From the NCBI RefSeq assembly GCF_006345805.1, contig NC_043002.1:61256001-61320000 (forward strand): a stretch of 64,000 nt of DNA, in the 5' to 3' direction. The notes beneath the pieces were generated by a model. That model ran no database searches. It was given only the letters and a program-made list of their open reading frames with translations, and was not told the DNA's origin. Within the stretch, counting starts at the first letter, position 1. Each line of letters starts with the position of its first letter. This stretch comes from Octopus sinensis (lineage: Eukaryota). Positions 26,260 through 39,870 of the stretch are shown here, one piece after another. The translations under genes and the position numbers were made by a program.

Positions 26260-26849
26260 CTATCTCTCTCTATATATATATATATATAGCAGTATGCAAA
26301 TACTAATATGACGACAAATTGTTTCGTAACTTAAAAACAAGTAAATAATTGATATTATTATATTTAATTGTAAATTAATTAATTAATTAATTACACGCCT
26401 GCAGTATTGCAAAATACAAAATATTCTTCAAAATAATGCAAAATTTAATGCATTACTACACGGTTGCAAATAATTTATTTATCATTTAATATAATAAAAA
26501 TTATTTGCTTGTGTTAAGTTATGAATCAATTTGTTGCTATATTAGAAGTTTCTGATTATGAAATAAAGGTTCATGAAATCACTTCTTTGTCATACATGTC
26601 CTTATGTGCCCCTAAACCTTTTCGCTTTTATCTTAATATATATTCTATATATTTTGTAGAATGATACATTAGGGAGCATTTTTTATGAGTACTACCGCTT
26701 TACTCCAAACCGTATATTCTGACTTGAAGAGCGTAGGCACGAAACGTAAAGGACTTTCTCTCCCGAGCGTCAAACTAATACACCCGCTTGTTGTTCATAC
26801 ACCTGTCTTCGTCTTTGTTTTTCTGAAAATTTCAACTATATATATGTAT

Positions 26850-26882
<33 letters not shown>

Positions 26883-26984
26883 TGGAAATTGTCTATATGA
26901 TTAATAGTATGCCAATTAAAGTATTGTCAAAGTGTAGTTTGCCTGATATCATTCACGTTCATGGTATAAGTGTTGTTGTTTCTA

Positions 26985-27135
26985 AGGCGCAGGAGCGGCT
27001 GTGTGGTAAGTAGCTTGCTTACCAACCACATGTTTCTGGGTTCAGTCCCACTGCGTGGCACCATGCGGATGTGTCTTCTACTAAACCTTGTGAGCGGATT
27101 TGGCAGACAGAAACTGAAAGAAGCCCGTGGTATAT
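26985..27135 (+). mobile_element. SINE family S1, 5' half (a 3' half lies at about 27545-27690)
   Basis: 'aggcgcaggagcggctgtgtggtaagtagcttgc...'. Confidence 0.85.
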
Positions 27136-27348
27136 ATATATATCCTTTCAAAATGTGACCTGGTGTGTACCGTTGGCGATTTTGTTTCCTCTGTCTTCAC
27201 TTCTCGGGATCTTTCCTTCTCCTATGTTTCCGACGAAGAGTTCCGCTCGAAACGTTAAATCCTCCTTCTTCCCTTCTTTCCTGAGCGTCCAATAATACTA
27301 TATTTGTTCCACGTCCTCGCGTTGTTGTGTTTTCTTGTTTGAATTAAC

Positions 27349-27382
<34 letters not shown>

Positions 27383-27388
27383 ATATAT

Positions 27389-27423
<35 letters not shown>

Positions 27424-27432
27424 GTATGTATG

Positions 27433-27507
<75 letters not shown>

Positions 27508-27954
27508 TTGTGTGTGTGTGTATGTGTATGTATGTGTCTGCGTGCCTGTGTTTGTTACCCAAACATTGCTTGACAACCAATGACTGTATGTTTACGTCCC
27601 CGTCATTTTGTGGTCCATTTGCTCGACTAAAGGCGGTGCTCCAGCATAGCCGCAGTCAAAATGACTGACAAAAATATAAGAATAAAAGAAAAAGTCATGA
27701 ATTACGAGGTGTTCTTTGAGTTTTTAATAAATGAGGGAAATAGAAATTGGAGCTCTCAAAATGCTTAATCCAACATGTGATCTTTTCAGTACATCATTCA
27801 TCTGTCCCTTGCGTACTGGTAGATGCAACACAACTCCCTCTATAATATACCCCACCCACAAGGGACAGATGTAGTGCGGGTTGAAACGATTGTGTGTTGA
27901 ATAAAGATTCTTGTTTTCCTCAGTTGCTATATATATGTGTGTGAATGTATTAAT

Positions 27955-28049
<95 letters not shown>

Positions 28050-28127
28050 TATATATATATAGATATATATATATATATGTATGTATGTATATATATATAT
28101 ATTATATATGTATGTATGTATATATAT

Positions 28128-28199
<72 letters not shown>

Positions 28200-28350
28200 A
28201 ATTAAGGACTGAACACGAAAAGTGGACAGTAAACATGCTAGATATAGACGTCAAATCGCCATTCTCCACAAAAAGTCTATGTTCTCAGATCAAACTCAAC
28301 ACAAAACCAAAGCAATAAACAAATGAAAAATATACGAAATAAATATTTAC

Positions 28351-28416
28351 CCATGTACTAAATTTAGTTTCGGCTGTTAGTTTCCGCAAGGAAAAGTGCA
28401 GCCATCATCAGCATGG
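28351..28416 (-). ncRNA. Type I hammerhead motif (family B), left arm
   Basis: Reverse complement of 28477-28542, with one change in loop II. Confidence 0.8.
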
Positions 28417-28476
28417 TCCCATATAAAATGTAATTTGCTGGGACCATGCTGATCATGGCTGCACTTTTATATGGGA

Positions 28477-28542
28477 CCATGCTGATGATGGCTGCACTTT
28501 TCCTTGCGGAAAATAACAGCCGAAACTAAATTTAGTACATGG
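28477..28542 (+). ncRNA. Type I hammerhead motif (family B), right arm
   Basis: ccatg-CTGATGA-t-ggctg...cagcc-GAAA-ctaaatttag-TA-catgg. Stem III is a perfect 12-nt palindrome (actaaatttagt). Confidence 0.82.
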
Positions 28543-29478
28543 GTAAATATTTATTTCGTATATTTTTCACTTGTTTATTGCTTTGGTTTTGTGTTGAGTT
28601 TGATCTGAGAACATAGACTTTTTGTGGAGAATGGCGATTTGACGTCTATATCTAGCATGTTGACTGTCCAGTTTTCGTGTTCAGTCCTTAATTGGTATAT
28701 ATAAATATTTTAATCTTCGGATTCTTTCTTTAATATGCTAGACCACTGGTTCTAATTGATAAATATCAATTTTTATCCTAAATTTAATCTTATAAAAATT
28801 TTATATATATATATATATATATACATATACATTTGCATACATATACATACATATATATATTTGTATAACAAACGAACACGATTTACATATTGTATTTCAT
28901 TAACTTTCACCTATTTCTGCAGAGTTTCAGCGCAGAATCATTTATTTCATAACTTCTTCGCAGCCATTAAAGTGAAGCGTGTAGTTTTTTAAGGTATTTG
29001 CATACATAGAAATTATTACATTCGCAGCCACACACAGACACACACACACACGCGCGCGCGCGCGCGCAGAACTTGACTAATGCAATAAGGTTTGAGAAAG
29101 GACCTACCGCCCGGAATATGCAGACTTAGACAAATGTATATTCATATACGCACAATAAATAAGCATATATTTATTTGATTATTCATATACATTTAGAAAT
29201 ACATTTAAATATATGTTAATATACATTTACGGACATACGTATGTTTACGGGAATATATATTCGATAATTGGATATATTTACGTTCATTAAAACCTATACA
29301 AAAGATAAAGGTATGGAGAGTGATAAATTAATAGACATATATGCAATAAAAGTATGTGCAAGCTCTCCCGTGTGTATGTGTGTGAATTTGTATGGGCATT
29401 ATATAGTTATGTATACATTCACTGGAATAGGTTGAAGATTATAGAAATATATGTTGATATATTTGTGAATCCATATAC

Positions 29479-30447
29479 TTAGTCATCTGACGATATATAT
29501 ATTTTTTTAGAGGCACGTTCTTTCAACGTTAATGTGGTGTTCGTTTTCACTACTGCTTTTCGTGAACAAATGTTTTTGAAATTATCTCGATATACTTTAC
29601 TTGTAATAATATAGCAAACGAAGTTCATGCAGTTATTACTCAGAGCCACGGTATTCAAAAGAATTATGATGGATATCTTTTTAGGATACACTGGGTGTGT
29701 GTTCGATAACACAAAACCACAGATGCATGCGGGAAATGTAGTTAGAAGAAACAGGAGATTAATAGATACCACAATGCGAACGGTATTTCTGGATCTCGTT
29801 GTTAGATTGCGTTGAAACTGTTGGCCGAGTTTCGGTCGTACAAGTATCTTATAAATTATACCAACAGAACTGGCAAATATAAACAGTCCTGGTAAGAATG
29901 AATATGCAAAGACTGAAATGCGTAATCTATGTTTTCCATCCTTAAACAATATAGTAGTTAGTATGTGCGTTACAGACACACCAATGAGAGTAAGCAACAT
30001 CAACATATAAGGTTTGTATTTTGTGGACGATTGAAGCCGGAAAAACGGACAATAAACAGCCAGCATTCGTTCCATGGATATGACTACATTTAACCAAGAG
30101 GAGAACATACTTAGACAATATTTAATTCCTTCTACAACTGAATATTGAAATAATATTCTGTCACCATTTAAAGTTTGAAAATTATAAGTAAACGATATAT
30201 GTTTTGGAAAATGCATCCAGATTATGGTTAAATCCACAAAAGCGAGGCAAATGAAATATGGAGTCAGCTTTGAGTGACGCAGTTCTTTCCTGCAAAAAGT
30301 TACAATTACAGCTAAATTGCAAAAAGTTCCTAATGTTAATAAAAATATAGAACTATACCGTATAGCATTAATTATACCAGGAGTTGAATCGTTGACTATC
30401 AGAGTAATATTGTGCATTGCATATTGGTTATTTCGATTTCGTTCCAT
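29479..30447 (-). CDS. Rhodopsin-class 7TM GPCR, 322 aa (GPCR-3)
   Basis: GTFCNLAV, YFICLAFVD, SSWLNVVISMER, YSFLP, FLLTTFP, NNCMNFVCY; uninterrupted ORF paralogous to GPCR-1. Confidence 0.93.
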   Translation of the reverse strand: MERNRNNQYAMHNITLIVNDSTPGIINAIRYSSIFLLTLGTFCNLAVIVTFCRKELRHSKLTPYFICLAFVDLTIIWMHFPKHISFTYNFQTLNGDRILFQYSVVEGIKYCLSMFSSWLNVVISMERMLAVYCPFFRLQSSTKYKPYMLMLLTLIGVSVTHILTTILFKDGKHRLRISVFAYSFLPGLFIFASSVGIIYKILVRPKLGQQFQRNLTTRSRNTVRIVVSINLLFLLTTFPACICGFVLSNTHPVYPKKISIIILLNTVALSNNCMNFVCYIITSKVYRDNFKNICSRKAVVKTNTTLTLKERASKKIYISSDD

Positions 30448-31922
30448 TTAGAGAAAATAATGACTGATAGGAAACTGCAATATTACATGAAATGTTTAAA
30501 TAAATAGATTTATAATTTCATATCGTGAGGCTTTGTAACTTTAGGTATTTTCAGTAGAAATACCATATTTTCGTATAATGTAGCAGAAAATGTTATATGA
30601 ATAATACCATGAGAACGAGAGAAGATTTATAGAACTGACGATGATGTTTGTAAAATCCACTTGTATTTGCTTTCTCAATTTTTCCGCTTACATGAATATA
30701 TCGTCTTTTTTTGCATTTTCCATGGGCGTGTTTGATATAATAACACAGTCAACATGAATAACTCTCTTCATCTGTCAGAAATGAGGACTGTTCTTTCCAT
30801 ATAACTTTATTTCTATAGAGAATTTCACTTTAAATTCGTGATAATCCCTTTATTGTATCTGCAGCTAAAGCGTTTGCTAACATTAAGAACAACGCAATTT
30901 AAAAAAAAGAGATTTAATTATTTAGATAGCCAATCCAGAAATATTTAATAAATAATCAGTTTTATCATTTGTTTCTCAGCGATTTACAAATGAAAATCCC
31001 CGTGATATGATTAAATCTATCAGTATTTTCAGGTAGTGACGGGAGTGTAAAATCAGTTAGATCTTAGAAGAAGACTTTCGGCATTTTGTATCATTAATAA
31101 TATAAGATTGGTTCTGTAGTTGCTTCATAAAATTGATGAAGGTGATGAAAATATGTAAGAGGATGAGAAGTTGAAGGAATAGGATATTGAGGTTTGGTGA
31201 GCTGACAGCGTTAGCGGCAAACACTACATCATCTATGACGGTGATATTGGCCAGAGGTACTAAGTGTTGGACTCAGTGGTAATAATGATGTCGATTCTGA
31301 TGATGATGATACTCATGTAGTTGGTAATGAAAATATTTAATCACGTCGTTGATGTGAAATCATCCAACAATGCTTAGAAGCTACAAACTGCGTCTCGAAC
31401 TTTACTGTAACCAAATATTTAACAAGTTCTCTCTCTCTCTCTCTCACACACACACTAACAAACACGCACACACACGCATATATATATACACATATGTTCA
31501 TATGTATATACGTACATACATATACATATGTAAACACACACTCACTCACACCTATATATATATATTCAGACACACAAACACAATTACTTGTAGGCATACA
31601 TTCATGATGTACATTTGCAAAACAAACACTTATTAAACCGGTTTCTAACTAATAATTTACAAGTAATTATCCTGACAACATATGATAGGTGCCTCTGTAT
31701 ACATAAGGTGTGGCTAAAATCCTGCTTAAACTATCTTATGTAATAAAAGCAACCCATATGCAATGGGTTTTTTAATTGCATTAACTAAAAGTCGCAGGGG
31801 GATGGGATAAACTACCTGCATCAACTTTATGTAAAAGTAAGTAGTAATTATACCTTGTCCTTATTCTTAGTACAAGTTTTGAAGAGTGCAGTTCGATTTT
31901 CTCTGTTCTATTTCAAAGCTAT

Positions 31923-32920
31923 AATGGAAATGAAAAAGGAGCATGTTTGGCAGATTTTCATTTATGAGTTCAATAAAAGTAACAGCGCAACGGAAAGTGC
32001 AAGGAATATTAATGCAGTATAAGGGGAACAGACAATAAGCGGAAGCCAGTCTCATCAGTGGTTCCAGAAACCATAGCCTAGGAGACGAGCGTCGTCCTGG
32101 AAGACCTGTAGATATCGACGAGGACGTCCTGCAAACCCTGGTGGAATAAAATCCCATCGTAACTGTTGAAGACCTAACAGAGAAGCTTGGATTTTATAAT
32201 TCAACCATTCATTGACACTTTCGTGCCACCAAAAGCGTCCGAAATTTGGGTCAATGGATTCCTCACAAACTCTCTGAGGCTAATCACGCGCAGAGTGTGA
32301 ATATGTGCTCTTATTTGCTGTCACGTTTCTCGAATGAACCTTTTTAGGACCGAATAGTGACTGGTGAGCAGAAATGGGTTCTCTATAAAAATGTCAAGTG
32401 CCGAAGACAGTCGGTAAGGATATGAAAAATACCAGCGTCCCAGGCTAAAGAAGGTCTTCATCCACGTAAGGTGTTGCTATCTGTTTGGTGGATATGAAAG
32501 GTTTAGTCAACTTTGAACTTTTAAACACAAACCAAATACGGGAGATCTACTGCGAGCATTTAGAGCAGTTTAAGTTAGCGCTCGAAGAAAAACGACCATC
32601 TTTGATTTCAAGACGAAAGGTGTTCTTCCGTGAGAATACTGCTCGACCACATACAGCGAGGATTACATTCCAAATGCTGGAGTAATTAGAATGGGAAACG
32701 ATGCTACACCCAACATATTCGCCGGACATTTCCCCATCCGATGATCATTTATTCCGTAGTCTTTAAAACAATTTGGACGGAAAAATATGAATCCTATAGA
32801 CGAGTTCAGAACAGTACTGGAGGAGTATTTTTCTTCACGGAAGAGGTGCCTTAGAAGAGGGAGTTGCAAGTCTCCCAGATAGATGGAAGAGCATTGTAGA
32901 AAATGAAGGACATAACATCT
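31923..32920 (+). mobile_element. Mariner transposase pseudogene
   Basis: 'MEMKKEHVWQIFIYEF', 'WIPHKLS', 'RIVTGEQKWVLYKN', 'HPRKVLLSVW', 'HPTYSPDISPSDDHLFRSL'; many stops and frameshifts. Confidence 0.9.
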
Positions 32921-33100
32921 CTGGCTGGAGTTTTGTTAAAAACAAACGTGAATATGTTCTGACAACACACTATAGTAGTTCATTGAAAATACACAAAAAC
33001 CCAGACGCATGCACTCAAGCACACACACATAAACACATACACACATACGCGCAATCCTCCAAGTTGCCCCACACACACACACGCATTCTGTCTCACCCTC

Positions 33101-33177
<77 letters not shown>

Positions 33178-35403
33178 ATATCTATCAATCTCTCTAACTA
33201 CCTATCTATCTATTTGTCCATTTGTCTGTCCAACACAAAAGCAGTTAAACGCTCAATGCCATAATCGTGAGGCAAGTTTCTCGTGTCCGGTTTTTAGATA
33301 AAGATTCCAGTTACCAAAATGATGGTAACCGACAACGACGGTACGTCTGAATATATTCTGCCGCACCGCTACAAATTCAGCTTACACATTCTAGATGTAA
33401 GATCAGTCAAATGACACATTCGATTCTCCATTTCAAGAACGAATATTATCAGTAACAAAATAACACGTGTATTAATTCTTTAGCTCACACCGTATTTGCA
33501 GCACCTATCGAACTAATAAAATACAACATCCGAAACATCAGCGCACATTGGGAAGAATATACAGCAAAACCATTAACTTTCAGGTGTATATTTGTACTTT
33601 GCACCTTCAATGGTAGAGCAAATAAAAGCTATAAGGTGAGGAGCTGGCAGAAACATTAATACGCCGGAAAAATTACTTAGCGGCATTTCGTTCGTCCTTA
33701 CGTTCTGAATTCAAAATCCACGGAGGTCTACGTTGTCTTTCATCCTTATGGTATCGATCAAATAAGTCCCAGTTACGTAATAGAGACAATGTAATCGACT
33801 GGCCTCCTTCCCACATAATTTTTTGAAAGCTACTACATGCCTACATTTTAAAATATAAAAGCATTTCTGTTAGATAACTTGAGTTGTGACCAAACAGCGG
33901 AACCACCATTTCATCCACAAAGCAGACTTTGTGAGGACCATTAATTACTTATGGAACGATTATGTGTATATGTGTCAAGAAATTTGAACATTAAATGAGA
34001 AATGCTGGCAACTGCTAAGCGAGATGTAAAACTTATATAAGTTCTCTCAAGAAAACAGTAGGTAGTAACATGGTAATATTGATTGGAGGAAATCACTAAT
34101 TTGAAGGTAATATAAATAACTATATATAAAGGAGAGACATTAAAGAGACTGATATGACTACATTGAGATAAGAGTAGAAGAATGAAGGGAAGAGGAAATG
34201 TTATAGTCTATAAATATAAGAAAATTGGATGGCATAAAGACCAGCAGCCAAATACAGTCAGAGTACTACAAAATTGAATCAAAAGCAGTGTATTTTAATA
34301 ATAAACGCTACCCAGGCCAGATTATATAATCTAAACTGCTAATATTGTAAAATATAACATTATTTCGAATTCTAGGTTTCATAAGGACGGGGAATGTTTC
34401 CGTGACATATAACTGAGCGAGATCGCAACAATGTCCCTGAATAATAATAACAACATCGAACAATGCCCCTGAATAGTAATAATAATAATAACATCGAACA
34501 ATGCCTATGAATAATAATAACATCGAAAAATATCTCAGGAATGAGAACCCAGGTTCGAAATTTCCTCAAAGCATCTGATGAAGGTTGGAGGGTACATCAG
34601 CCGAAACGTTGTGTTAACAACAAGCAAGATGAGGACATATATCCGTCAAATGTAAATAAAATATATAATTCCTCATCTATTAAATATAGAACTGTAAAAC
34701 CCTACAGATTCATACCCTACAAAATCCCTCTCAAGACGTGCCTATGATGCTCTCTCACTGCTCCTCTACATCATCACAGATGCACATGTTGTCAGCCACT
34801 AAACAACATCTTCAATGGTTAAACGTCAAGCAACTGACTAGCAAATCTTCAGTGTTGAACAGAATTATTTTAACGACATTTCTGCTTCAGCAACTTAGAG
34901 CTGAACTTATCTGAAATGTAATGGAAAAATAGGTCAGTTTCAAAACATTGATGTCCGGGTCACAAAATCTATGTTCGAAGGGAATACTAGTTATCTCCTT
35001 TGATTTCTAGTTAGAAGAAAATAGGAAATGATACTTGCAAGACTGAAAAAGGAAAAAAATGTTACACGGTGTTATTTAGATTATTAAGATAATTTAGTAG
35101 TTAAATATAAGGTGAGAATTACTGGAAAGTATGCGAAAAAATAAATATTAACCGTAGTAGGAGAGATAAGGTTATTGCACACAAGTGACAAATGTATCTG
35201 CATGCACTCTCATACACCCCCACACACATATATATATGTCTATATCTATATGTAGTGTAAGGTATAAATTAGAAGTTACGGAACCGTCTAAGGGATAGAT
35301 GTATCCCTGGTGTATTACCTTAGTATGTATGGTCCTTCTTATAAAGTATATGGTAGTAGGTAATTTAAAGGTAAAGCCGTTACCTACAACCGTATACATT
35401 ATC

Positions 35404-35471
<68 letters not shown>

Positions 35472-35769
35472 TCTTTCACTGGTTTAAGTCATTATACTGA
35501 GGTCATTCTAAGGCACCGCCTTGAAAATTATTGTCAAACGAATCGACACGCAGTGCTATGTTTTTGACCTAGTACTTATTATATCGGTCTCTTTAACGAA
35601 CTGCTATTTTACTTGGGCATAAACACACCAACGCCGGGTATCAAGCGGAGTTAGGGAACAGACACAAACAGAAAGATTTACACGCATGTACACATACATA
35701 CACACATTCCCACACAAACACACACTTATATAGTATATATATATATATCTTTATCTATAGGTATACATA

Positions 35770-35835
<66 letters not shown>

Positions 35836-36021
35836 TATATATGTATACATACATATATATATATATATATATACAAAAAGCAATAAAGATTCAAGTTAAT
35901 TTAAATGAATTTACTTGAATATGGTACCTAACTTAGATGCACCAAAAAAACTATACTGTTTTAACAATACAGTAATGTGGGGTGATTATAAGCGAGAAAG
36001 AAGCAACAAGAATGGATAGGT

Positions 36022-36112
36022 TTTTAGTACAATCGTTTCATACAAGGACAGGCTTTATTAAAAGTTGTAAAAATTACAGCATATAAACGTGTCCCGTACT
36101 CATCAGCTAAAA
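36022..36112 (-). ncRNA. Type I hammerhead motif (family A variant)
   Basis: Reverse complement of 36510-36600. Confidence 0.82.
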
Positions 36113-36509
36113 TACATGTGAGTTCTCTAGACATCCTAGTGGTTGAGGCTATACTCATGAAGTAATGTAGATAATTAAGTAACATAAACAGATTTCCAAA
36201 GTTCATTAAAGTTCTTTAAAGATGATGTACAGTCTTATCACAGAATTTTAAAAAAGTTCTAATAGCATCACAGAGAAGGTGACCTAATCCATAGAGCACA
36301 TATGATCTCTGGAAATTCATATGTGCTCTATGGATTAGGTCACCTTCTCTGTGATGCTATTAGAACTTTTTTAAAATTCTGTGATAAGACTGTACATCAT
36401 CTTTAAAGAACTTTAATGAACTTTGGAAATCTGTTTATGTTACTTAATTATCTACATTACTTCATGAGTATAGCCTCAACCACTAGGATGTCTAGAGAAC
36501 TCACATGTA

Positions 36510-36600
36510 TTTTAGCTGATGAGTACGGGACACGTTTATATGCTGTAATTTTTACAACTTTTAATAAAGCCTGTCCTTGTATGAAACGATTGTACTAAAA
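36510..36600 (+). ncRNA. Type I hammerhead motif (family A variant)
   Basis: ttttag-CTGATGA-gtacg...tgtat-GAAA-cgattg-TA-ctaaaa. Confidence 0.82.
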
Positions 36601-36631
36601 ACCTATCCATTCTTGTTGCTTCTTTCTCGCG

Positions 36632-36665
<34 letters not shown>

Positions 36666-37198
36666 GTATATGTATATTCGTGTGTGTGTGTGTGTGTGTG
36701 TGTGTCAATTTGTACTTGTGTTGGTAATTGTTAGGGTGACAACGTGAAGGGTTTTCTTAAATATATCAACTCATGTACTTATTTACTACAACTAGTGGAA
36801 CCCCTTGAAATTTTACGGAAAAAAGAAGATGAAGAGAATCTATTTTAGGAAAACAAAGGACCTTTTAATTTCTCATTTATATTTTGCAAAGTTATTTCAC
36901 TTCCGATCCCACAAATATATTATATGATTTAACATTTCCTTCTGCTTTGCACTTTATATTTCTATTTTTCTGTCTACCTCTTTAACACAATTTTAAACCA
37001 TGTCATTTTCCTCTAAATGTTATTCTCATTTTCTCCTCAGCTTTCACTTCCACTAACCACGTGAGTGATAGCATAATGCATCAGCTGGCTATCTCCACTT
37101 TCAGTCTCACATTCTGTGGTCGATTTAATAGACTGTCTCCCTCCAACAAATTTCAGGCCTTGTGCTTATAGTAGAAAAATGTATTATTATTATTATTA

Positions 37199-37256
<58 letters not shown>

Positions 37257-37276
37257 TTATTATTATTATTATTATT

Positions 37277-37815
37277 GAGTGAGAGAGCAGTGCATGCCAT
37301 CAAAGTGACACTGGGGTAAAATATACGAAGCCCAATATACCCAGCATGACTACCCGTCTGATAAGGGTACACCAGGCACATGCATCATAACCATATGTGC
37401 GCGACATGGTGATCTAATATCAAGATAAACAGCACATGACCTTGCAGGTGGGGCCCAATTAGAATTTTCTTCAGGCTGAGTAGCCCATCCCGCTCAAAAG
37501 GTCCCTGAACAAGGGTTGTTTAAGGATGTTGAAAGAAACACCCATGTTTCCAGAGGAGAATTATTCAAACCCCAAAGAATCCTTCTCAACACATGGTTAT
37601 GATGCTCCCCCACTACTTCTGCTCGTGATCAGAGATGCACATATCATCAGCCACTAAGGGACATGCTCAACTGGTTAAGGTCAAACAACTAAGAAGCAAA
37701 TCTGTGGTATTGAGCAGAATATTTGCTGTAGCCCATCTTTTATACCAAGACAAAACAATGTACATGATAACACTTCCGATCAGTTAGGATCAGAAGCCAT
37801 GAGAGCCACTGCCTG

Positions 37816-37818
<3 letters not shown>
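37277..37818. repeat. ~540-bp interspersed repeat bounded by (ATT)n (copy 1)
   Basis: Near-identical to 38202-38742, more diverged copy at 43078-43560, old fragment at about 34745-34900. Confidence 0.9.
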
Positions 37819-37849
<31 letters not shown>

Positions 37850-37903
37850 CATTATTATTATTATTATTATTATCATCATCATCATCATCGTCATTATTAT
37901 TAA

Positions 37904-37954
<51 letters not shown>

Positions 37955-37983
37955 CATCATCATCATCATCGTCATTATTATTA

Positions 37984-38042
<59 letters not shown>

Positions 38043-38065
38043 CATCATCATCATCATCATCATCG

Positions 38066-38111
<46 letters not shown>

Positions 38112-38143
38112 CATCATCATCATCATCGTCATTATTATTAATA

Positions 38144-38201
<58 letters not shown>

Positions 38202-38739
38202 GAGTGAGAGAACAGTTCATGCCATCAAAGTGACACTGGGGTAAAATATACGAAGCCCAATATACCCAGCATGACTACCCGTCTGATAAGGGTACACCAG
38301 GCACATGCATCATAACCATATGTGCGCGACATGGTGATCTAATATCAAGATAAACAGCACATGACCTTGCAGGTGGGGCCCAATTAGAATTTTCTTCAGG
38401 CTGAGTAGCCCATCCCGCTCAAAAGGTCCCTGAACAAGGGTTGTTTAAGGATGTTGAAAGAAACACCCATGTTTCCAGAGGAGAATTATTCAAACCCCAA
38501 AGAATCCTTCTCAACACATGGTTATGATGCTCCCCCACTACTTCTGCTCGTGATCAGAGATGCACATATCATCAGCCACTAAGGGACATGCTCAACTGGT
38601 TAAGGTCAAACAACTAAGAAGCAAATCTGTGGTATTGAGCAGAATATTTGCTGTAGCCCATCTTTTATACAAGACAAAACAATGTACATGATAACACTTC
38701 CGATCAGTTAGGATCAGAAGCCATGAGAGCCACTGCCTG

Positions 38740-38742
<3 letters not shown>
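38202..38742. repeat. ~540-bp interspersed repeat (copy 2, tandem with copy 1)
   Basis: Only a few differences from 37277-37818. Confidence 0.9.
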
Positions 38743-38796
<54 letters not shown>

Positions 38797-38851
38797 CATC
38801 ATCATCATCATCGTCATTATTATTAATATTATTATTATTATTATTATTATA

Positions 38852-39625
<774 letters not shown>

Positions 39626-39870
39626 GTAAGTTATAGAGACGTAAGCAGACTAACATAATCTCAAGCATACGCGCACACATGTTTATATGGGAAGTGACAG
39701 AGTCCTAAAAACAGGTATAAAAAATCGCAGAAGCGCTGACTTCGCAATTTGTGCGCATAAGCAAAACACACACAAATTATTTACCTCTGTAAATGCACAT
39801 AAAGTAGATTGTGAGCTACACAAATAAATATGCACATAAGTAGAAATGTTTGAAATAAAGACTTACCTGA

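Larger units (their letters stand above)
28198..28695. repeat. Fold-back element: 231-bp inverted arms with a 36-bp spacer, flanked by (TA)n
   Basis: 28198-28428 is the reverse complement of 28465-28695, with about four mismatches. Confidence 0.95.
35877..36630. mobile_element. PLE pseudo-LTR fold-back: 314-bp inverted arms (35992-36305 / 36317-36630), 11-nt loop
   Basis: No mismatch found between the arms in the stretches checked by eye. The left part is a diverged relative of the PLE end at 12297-12750. (TA)n on both sides. Confidence 0.92.
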
